DNA of 64,000 nt from a virus: positions 41,192-105,191 of the IMG/VR virus record IMGVR_UViG_3300020469_000020. One strand, written 5' to 3'. This document shows positions 57,932 to 64,000 of the stretch, in pieces. Position numbers and translations under genes: made by a program. The notes beneath the pieces were generated by a model, which saw nothing but the letters and a program-made list of their open reading frames with translations, had not been told where the DNA came from and did not search any database. How positions within the stretch are numbered: position 1 is the stretch's first letter; every line of letters starts with the position of its first letter.

Positions 57932-57968
57932 GATCAGATCATATCACCCTTGACAGAAATGTCAAGGG
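57932..57968 (-). promoter_or_regulatory. Early promoter cassette
   Basis: TTGACA-N16-TATGAT-CTGATC; palindrome CCCTTGACA-N4-TGTCAAGGG. Confidence 0.8.
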
Positions 57969-57989
57969 ATATTCCAGTTAAATTCGGAA

Positions 57990-58271
57990 TTAATTATCTG
58001 TGCAGGTGTGACGGGGATTAAAAGGAAGACCGATAGTCTTCTCATACCACTGAGGATTCTTGGTAGCAAGAATATTAATGGGAGTATCTTTCTCAAGTGA
58101 GGAGAAGTAGCTTGCTGGCTTGTGGTTCTTCAGTAATTCCTTCTTGAAGACAGTGAGACCGAAAGGACTTCTGCGATACTTGAAGCGGGCTACAAACTTC
58201 TCTTCACCGTTGTGTCGGTAGTAAAGTAATCGTGAATGACTGTCAAATCGAAAGTTGCTCTTGATCCACAT
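57990..58271 (-). CDS. Hypothetical early protein
   Basis: 93 aa, FVARFKY motif; behind a promoter cassette. Confidence 0.65.
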   Translation of the reverse strand: MWIKSNFRFDSHSRLLYYRHNGEEKFVARFKYRRSPFGLTVFKKELLKNHKPASYFSSLEKDTPINILATKNPQWYEKTIGLPFNPRHTCTDN

Positions 58272-58308
58272 GTGCTGTTCTCTTTGGGGTTAGCAATCAA
58301 CTCAACAT

Positions 58309-58342
58309 GATCAGATCCTACAGCATCATGAGAAAATGTCAA
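58309..58342 (-). promoter_or_regulatory. Early promoter cassette
   Basis: TTGACA-N16-TAGGAT-CTGATC. Confidence 0.75.
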
Positions 58343-59132
58343 GGGGAAAATTCGGAGTTTTAGAAATTTTTTTGCTTTGAGGATTATACTCTGCAGTTTC
58401 AAAAGTGAAGGGAGGTTTATCAATTTTGATTTTTGGTTTTTGAGTTTTGTCAAACCATATCAAATCTCTATCTTTTGGATAATTTTTATCCCAAACCAAT
58501 GTTGATTTATTAGTCATAATATATTTTGCTTTTTTTGATAAAGGATATACATAGCGAAACATTAAACCTTCTATTAATTTTATATTTTCCTTCTTCATAA
58601 AATCTTTTGTCAGCCATGCAGGAATATGGGATAGCTTTGAAAATGCACGATTAACTTTTAGTAACTTTTTAACACTTCTTGGGTGTATTTTTTCTCCATT
58701 ATCCATCATATAAGATTGTGTAAAATATCCTTCACCAAAATAAAAATTTGATGCTTGATATACATAACCAACTTTTCCCATAATTCCATCAGCCATTGTG
58801 TACAAAAAAAGCCTTTCTTTAAGATTTGATTTCATCCATGAAATTGTTTTTGAAATCATTTGTGATTCTGAATTTTTTGGCATATCCTCAGACATACACA
58901 TTTTACCAATTTCATAATAATCTCCAGTTCCAAGATCAGGAAACATTTTCTTTATAGTGTTCAACGGTTGTGTACCCCAACCTAAAGTTAAAACACCTTT
59001 CAGTTCTTTACCGAGATAAAAACCTAAAAAATATTTTGTATGTATTGGCATGATAGGAGAGTAATGATATTTCTCTACAAAAGAAACTGCTAAAGATTTT
59101 GATATTTTTTCAACCTTATAATCAAACTTCAT
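58326..59132 (-). CDS. Mom-like (GNAT-fold) DNA modification protein
   Basis: YHYS, EIGKMC...PKNSES..IS, YTMAD...GYVYQASNF. Confidence 0.75.
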   Translation of the reverse strand: MKFDYKVEKISKSLAVSFVEKYHYSPIMPIHTKYFLGFYLGKELKGVLTLGWGTQPLNTIKKMFPDLGTGDYYEIGKMCMSEDMPKNSESQMISKTISWMKSNLKERLFLYTMADGIMGKVGYVYQASNFYFGEGYFTQSYMMDNGEKIHPRSVKKLLKVNRAFSKLSHIPAWLTKDFMKKENIKLIEGLMFRYVYPLSKKAKYIMTNKSTLVWDKNYPKDRDLIWFDKTQKPKIKIDKPPFTFETAEYNPQSKKISKTPNFPLDIFS

Positions 59133-59139
59133 ATTATAA

Positions 59140-59331
59140 TTATCCTAACCAACATTGTTTATTTAAAATAGAAACTAAACTCACAGAAGTAACAACTCCA
59201 TATCCACGTTGTTTAATTGGTAACACTAGTGGATTATCTTGTTCATCCCAATGTATATAAACTGTACTATTTGTTGGTAATGATTTCACAAGATGTTTAG
59301 CTTGTTTATAAATCAATTGATTTTTGCTCAT
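59140..59331 (-). CDS. Small hypothetical protein
   Basis: 63-aa ORF coupled to its neighbours. Confidence 0.5.
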   Translation of the reverse strand: MSKNQLIYKQAKHLVKSLPTNSTVYIHWDEQDNPLVLPIKQRGYGVVTSVSLVSILNKQCWLG

Positions 59332-59992
59332 GAAAGATATCCTTATATTCTTTAATTTTTGAATGTAGGGGTTTCATCCAATTTCCAACTTTCTCATGAA
59401 ACACCTGGAAGTCTTCTCCTTTATTAACCGAAATTAAAATTACAATATCTTTGATTGGGTAATTTGTCAATTCATAAAATGCCATACTATAAAATGCGGC
59501 TTGCATAAAATAATCTTCAATCCATTGTTTCTTTTTCCATTTGCGAGAGGTTTTAAAATCTATAATCGCTGGTGCATCATCATGAACACCTATTAAATCT
59601 ACTCTACCTGCGACACCTAATTGATTGGAATATAATGGTACTTCTTGATACCATGTTTCTTGAAGATGTTTATCAAGATGATCTTTTACACGATCAAATT
59701 GAACTTCTTCATCTTTGGTTTCAACGTATTTTTTATGATCTTTCCCGTCAAGGTATAGCTCAAGACCGGAATGCATTCTAGTGCCGTTTGAACTTGACTC
59801 GGAAGTAATTCTGTTTGCCTCCGCTTCTCCGACTTTTTTTCTCCATTGTGCAATTGATTTTTTCTTGAAGTGTCCAAGTAATGTAGTAATTGAGATGAAC
59901 TTGTTATCTTCAGGTGTGACATAATATCTTTTACCATCTATTGTTTTAGTTTTTAAATCCCAAAAATCGTATGTAGGTTTTTCTATAATCAT
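59306..59992 (-). CDS. PD-(D/E)xK exonuclease (Cas4/RecB-like)
   Basis: RYYVTP, SITTLL, GTRMH, AGRVDLIG, IIDFKTS, YFMQAAFY. Confidence 0.9.
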   Translation of the reverse strand: MIIEKPTYDFWDLKTKTIDGKRYYVTPEDNKFISITTLLGHFKKKSIAQWRKKVGEAEANRITSESSSNGTRMHSGLELYLDGKDHKKYVETKDEEVQFDRVKDHLDKHLQETWYQEVPLYSNQLGVAGRVDLIGVHDDAPAIIDFKTSRKWKKKQWIEDYFMQAAFYSMAFYELTNYPIKDIVILISVNKGEDFQVFHEKVGNWMKPLHSKIKEYKDIFHEQKSIDL

Positions 59993-60071
59993 AATCTATC
60001 ATTGATAAATAATTTAAAGCATAAATATTCTAAGAATTATAATCAATAACATTCAATCAGAGTAAATTGAA

Positions 60072-60467
60072 ATGTCTGAAACTTTAATGGATCGTGATTT
60101 AAATCTTAGTAATTTTCGTATAAAAAATGTAGGAACAGCAGTTGAACCAACTGACGCAATTTCTAAAAGAGATTTAGATTTAGCTAAACCTAAAATATTC
60201 AATAATATTGAATCATTTGTCATGGCAGATTCTGATCCTGACGATGAAAACAAAGTCACTCTTGCTCACCCTACAGATATTTATAGTGCTTTAGTTTTTG
60301 TAAATGGATTAGCAAAAGCACCCTCGGCTACTCACCCAACAACTGGAAATTTTGTAGTAAGAGATTATCAGATAATTGCATATTCTACATACTCTGTAGT
60401 ACAATTTCAAACTGGATATCCAGATGGAACTAATGTTATTGTACTCTATAATACAGTATCTAATTAG
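60072..60467 (+). CDS. Virion structural protein
   Basis: RIKNVGTAVEPTDAISK fibre motif, LVFVNGL; GATAAATA at 60004-60011. Confidence 0.6.
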   Translation: MSETLMDRDLNLSNFRIKNVGTAVEPTDAISKRDLDLAKPKIFNNIESFVMADSDPDDENKVTLAHPTDIYSALVFVNGLAKAPSATHPTTGNFVVRDYQIIAYSTYSVVQFQTGYPDGTNVIVLYNTVSN

Positions 60468-60507
60468 AAAAGTCAAGTTTTTTTTCAATTTTTCTTAAAA
60501 AAATATT

Positions 60508-60873
60508 ATGTCAGTCAATAGTCTTGAGACAAAAGAAAACATTAAATCTTTAAAAAATGGATTAGAGCTAACACGTAAATTTAATCCTATTACTTATGAT
60601 ACAACAGATTCTTTATTTAAAAATCAAAAAAATTTACCTGGATTAATAGCCGAGGATGTATTGCAATTTTATCCAGAAATAGTTAAATTGAATGAGAAAA
60701 AAGAAATTATTGGTATCAACTATATAAAAATAATTCCTTTATTGTTATCTGCTATTAAAGAGTTAGATAATTCTTTAAAAATTTCAAATAATAAAATAAA
60801 AGAATTGGATGCTAAAACAAAAAATAATTATTCTGATTCAGAATTATCTTTTTTAAATATATTTAAAAAATAA
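60508..60873 (+). CDS. Stand-alone intramolecular-chaperone (peptidase S74-like) domain protein
   Basis: KENI...NPITY...GLIAEDV...PEIV...INYIKIIPLLLSAIKEL. Confidence 0.75.
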   Translation: MSVNSLETKENIKSLKNGLELTRKFNPITYDTTDSLFKNQKNLPGLIAEDVLQFYPEIVKLNEKKEIIGINYIKIIPLLLSAIKELDNSLKISNNKIKELDAKTKNNYSDSELSFLNIFKK

Positions 60874-60875
60874 TA

Positions 60876-61484
60876 ATGGCAAATATTGTCAAGATAAAAA
60901 ATTCTAATATAGCAGGTAGAGTACCTAGTTCTCTAGAAACAGGTGAACTTGCAATTAATATTAATGATGGTAAACTTTTTTACAAAAATTCAAGTAATAC
61001 TATACAATCCATTTCAAATACAGGTGGCGGTGGTGGTGTTACTGTACAAAATGCAGGTAGTAATCTAGGTACAGCAACTACTATAAACTTTACTGGTAGT
61101 GGGGTAACTGCTAGTGGCACCGGTACCATAGAAGTTAATGTTCCTGGAGGAGGTGGTGGTAGTAGTCCATATACAAACCTGACAGAAACTACTTATTCTC
61201 CACAAGCTAATACTGCAATAAATAATACAAATATAAGTAGTTTTCAAAAAATTAATACTGGAGAATACAAATTCTTTTTTACTTCTAATTTTAGTAGTAA
61301 CACTTATAGCACAGAAATAAATGTCCAATCATTTGAAGATTTTGGTGAACCCCCTAACTTTGGAATAATTTCTGAGAAAGCAATTAATTACGTTATTGTA
61401 AAAACAGGTAGAACAAATATTAATGACATTAACATTATTGATAGATTTGATATATCACAATTTAAGATTAAACTTTTTGAATAG
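60876..61484 (+). CDS. Fibre-like virion protein
   Basis: VKIKNS...PSSLETGELAININDGKLFY N-terminal domain, Gly linkers. Confidence 0.65.
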   Translation: MANIVKIKNSNIAGRVPSSLETGELAININDGKLFYKNSSNTIQSISNTGGGGGVTVQNAGSNLGTATTINFTGSGVTASGTGTIEVNVPGGGGGSSPYTNLTETTYSPQANTAINNTNISSFQKINTGEYKFFFTSNFSSNTYSTEINVQSFEDFGEPPNFGIISEKAINYVIVKTGRTNINDINIIDRFDISQFKIKLFE

Positions 61485-61493
61485 GATTTTTTA

Positions 61494-61682
61494 ATGATAG
61501 TTACAATAGAATGGTTAGATGAGAAATTTGGAACGATTAAAAAAATGCAAGAAGAAATAGACGAAAGAATTGAACAATTAAAAAAACAACAATTAATAAA
61601 TTATGGTGCGATAGCTATGATCAATGAAATGAGAAAAGAAGTGGAAAATGAAAAAGATGTAGAAGGAAACAACACTTTTTAA
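61494..61682 (+). CDS. Small coiled-coil protein (possible fibre chaperone)
   Basis: 62 aa, AGGA RBS. Confidence 0.5.
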   Translation: MIVTIEWLDEKFGTIKKMQEEIDERIEQLKKQQLINYGAIAMINEMRKEVENEKDVEGNNTF

Positions 61683-61693
61683 AGAAGGTATAA

Positions 61694-62035
61694 GTGGCAA
61701 CACCACAAACTGATCTATCTATATTAGATTTATACATAGGCACTGATTTTGTAAAAGGCATACAGTGTTCCCAAATACAAGCAGCGCCGGAGTCTCTTGT
61801 TGGTTATGCCTTATTTGCTCAGATGAGAAAGAATCATGAGTCGGTACAATACTGGACTTTTGAGATATTGAAAAATACAACAGATTTTGTATTATTCATG
61901 GATTCTAAACTCACTAAAACTATTCCTCCCGGATATTATAATTATGATGTAGTATTATTACACACAACAAACGTGCGTTCTGTATTATTACAAGGACAAG
62001 TAAACGCATTACCAACTTTCACGTTTGCATCATAA
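61694..62035 (+). CDS. Virion adaptor-like protein
   Basis: GTDF...AQMRK...T..IPPGYYNYDVVL...LLQGQV pattern. Confidence 0.55.
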   Translation: MATPQTDLSILDLYIGTDFVKGIQCSQIQAAPESLVGYALFAQMRKNHESVQYWTFEILKNTTDFVLFMDSKLTKTIPPGYYNYDVVLLHTTNVRSVLLQGQVNALPTFTFAS

Positions 62036-62041
62036 AAAAAT

Positions 62042-62833
62042 ATGGTCACCGATAAAATAAAATCTGCTCTTCTTTTTAGTTCCAATTTAGATAGAGTAAC
62101 TAGAAGTTTAGATTTAGTTGACAATATTCGTAGTAATACTGACACTACTCAAATGGAAACCGCAACAATGGATGCTATTAATTCATTGTCTGCTATAAGT
62201 AAACAATTTAATATTGATGCAGATTTTGTCAATATTGATATACCAACAAACAACAGAATAGATAATGATGAACTAGTTAAAATTAAAAACGCTAGTGTTT
62301 TTACAACTGGTATTACAGATGATGAAAAGACAGAAAATCTTTCTTTAGTAAACAACATTTTTAATGCAGTCACAGCAAATCTTGTACCTGCTGATTTATC
62401 CAATCATGGATTTGTTGGATTTAAAGTTGAATCTGGTGGTTTTAGTGAAACAGGATTTGATACATTAAATTTTGAAGCCAACTCAGGATTTCAAGTTTCA
62501 AGAAGTGGTGCTGATAGAACTATTGTTGATATTGATCATAATGCATTTTCATCAATATCTGTAGATGGTTTTGGGGGCAATACTGTTGATGCAACATTTT
62601 CTGATACACTATATCTTGTAGGAGATGGAATAAAATTAGAAACAAGTGTTGATGAGCTTAACAGAAAATTCTTAAAACTTACAAATCTTCATCAATCTGT
62701 TTCATCATTAGAAGATGTAACATTAAGTTCAACTATACAAACAGATGATATATTGATAAGAAAAGATAATGAGTTTCAAAACATACCAAGTCAAAATGTC
62801 AGACCATCTATCATATACGGAGGCGAATTTTAA
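62042..62833 (+). CDS. Virion structural protein
   Basis: FSSISVDG..VDA...DTLYLVG and LEDVTLS motifs; ends YGGEF. Confidence 0.55.
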   Translation: MVTDKIKSALLFSSNLDRVTRSLDLVDNIRSNTDTTQMETATMDAINSLSAISKQFNIDADFVNIDIPTNNRIDNDELVKIKNASVFTTGITDDEKTENLSLVNNIFNAVTANLVPADLSNHGFVGFKVESGGFSETGFDTLNFEANSGFQVSRSGADRTIVDIDHNAFSSISVDGFGGNTVDATFSDTLYLVGDGIKLETSVDELNRKFLKLTNLHQSVSSLEDVTLSSTIQTDDILIRKDNEFQNIPSQNVRPSIIYGGEF

Positions 62834-62874
62834 ATTATTAATATCATAACACTCACACACAAATAGAAAAACAT

Positions 62875-63282
62875 ATGAAAGAGACTAATTTACGTATATT
62901 GATCAAAACAATATCACACTTACTAGTAGTCACTTCAACTTTATTATTTACCAGTGTATTATTAGACTTATCTAAATTTCAAACAATATTAATGGTTTCA
63001 TCTGGATTAACAGTTGGCTGGGTACTTTACATTATTCATGAAAAAATATGGAATGTGATAAATTGGAAAAGAGAGAATGGCATAGATAAAAAAATCAGAA
63101 GTATTGCTAAAGTTCTAACATGGAGAACAATAGCAATATTTTCTGTTTTTATATGTGCATTGTTAGCAAACATAGAAATTAATAGTGGTCTAATTTTTAC
63201 ATTTGTTTTTAATACACTTATTATTATCTTACACTTTATTCATGAAAGAATATGGAATAGAATAAGATTAGGTTTTCACTAG
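62875..63282 (+). CDS. Membrane protein with tandem DUF2061-like repeats
   Basis: Two copies of R...K..(S/T)W/H...YxHE(K/R)IWN. Confidence 0.7.
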   Translation: MKETNLRILIKTISHLLVVTSTLLFTSVLLDLSKFQTILMVSSGLTVGWVLYIIHEKIWNVINWKRENGIDKKIRSIAKVLTWRTIAIFSVFICALLANIEINSGLIFTFVFNTLIIILHFIHERIWNRIRLGFH

Positions 63283-63371
63283 TTATCTTTTCCATATAAT
63301 AAAATAATAACTAGTACTATTGCAAAACCCAATATAAGATTGATTCCTAATAATATCACTAAGTCTAGCAT
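63279..63371 (-). CDS. Small membrane peptide, 30 aa
   Basis: MLDLVILLGINLILGFAIVLVIILLYGKDN*. Confidence 0.4.
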   Translation of the reverse strand: MLDLVILLGINLILGFAIVLVIILLYGKDN

Positions 63372-63418
63372 TATTTTTTGTAATTTCCTTTAATTAAGAG
63401 TTTTTAAACTTGTATTAA

Positions 63419-64000
63419 TTAAAAATTTGCAAATCCGTCAAATGCGAATCCATGAATTGCTAAGACAATAACTACTGACAATGCCAGTCCAATCATCATC
63501 TTAAAGAAGTCTTTCCCAACCAAAGGAAAGACAGTTTTGAACTTGTATTTTCCAGTTACTGATGCAAATGCAAGTTCTCTTCCTGCTAGTAACCCCACAA
63601 AAACCCATGTTGTTGACATTGGAATATTATTATATCCTTTAAAATACCATAATATAATTGAGTAAATTAAATCTACTAAGGTGGCAGAACGCACATAACT
63701 TACGTTTGTTTTGCTTAAAACAATCTCTTGAATCTTACCTCCCTTTTCATGAAACATATATGCTAATCCAATTACAAATACTCCACTAATTAGCAACATA
63801 ACTTCAACAGATATTTGTCTTGGTAGAAATACAGCAATGTTTGCCATATCATGACTTAACCATGTAAACCAAAGCCACCCTGTGGTACACCATTGTGCAA
63901 CCCTCCACCATTTTTCATGTGATTCGGGTATTTCTTTTTTAGTTTCCCAAAATTTAGATACTGCTAACCAGATCAAATATGCGGCCGCTGCAGCAACCAT
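63419..64000 (-). CDS. Polytopic permease, PiT/phosphate-permease-like (C-terminal part)
   Basis: HDMANIA and PMSTTWVFVG resemble PiT-family NDxAN and PvSTT signatures; start lies beyond the window. Confidence 0.6.
   Translation of the reverse strand: MVAAAAAYLIWLAVSKFWETKKEIPESHEKWWRVAQWCTTGWLWFTWLSHDMANIAVFLPRQISVEVMLLISGVFVIGLAYMFHEKGGKIQEIVLSKTNVSYVRSATLVDLIYSIILWYFKGYNNIPMSTTWVFVGLLAGRELAFASVTGKYKFKTVFPLVGKDFFKMMIGLALSVVIVLAIHGFAFDGFANF

Noticed and set aside
1-64000. Alternative genetic code
   Set aside because: Conserved genes are full length under the standard code, and TAA, TAG and TGA all serve as stops

Overview
AT-rich segment of a large T4-like (gp23/gp20/gp18/gp17/gp32-type) myophage genome. 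The host is probably Gram-negative, since a spanin pair is present, and probably aquatic. 1-11.7 kb (-): head, portal, tail sheath/tube and large terminase genes. 11.8-28.3 kb (+): neck, gp15, gp16, a repeat-rich fibre, gp2, baseplate genes and a lysozyme-bearing tape-measure-like gene, with an inserted ExbB/ExbD-like membrane trio. 28.3-33.3 kb and 56-58.3 kb (-): small early genes, each behind a repeated sigma70-type promoter cassette carrying GATCTGATC. 33.7-55.4 kb (-): an unusually complete nucleotide-precursor gene set (prs, purF, purT, purC, purB, purA, pyrF, PyrE-like PRTase, rpe, rpiB, aspartate aminotransferase), plus sbmA, gp32/gp59/gp33, spanins, tRNA-Leu(UAA) and a methyltransferase/endonuclease pair. 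58-64 kb: Mom-like and Cas4-like genes, virion genes and a permease. Best candidates for undescribed biology: (i) a tRNA - coiled-coil gene - structured ~195-nt RNA unit with a closing stem and a 7-nt periodic U-rich tract; (ii) the phage ExbB/ExbD-like trio; (iii) a probable -1 frameshift fusing gp26 to gp51; (iv) an RBS-sequestering hairpin controlling the endonuclease gene; (v) early promoters with double GATC sites. All protein calls come from motif recognition by eye; no database searches were run.
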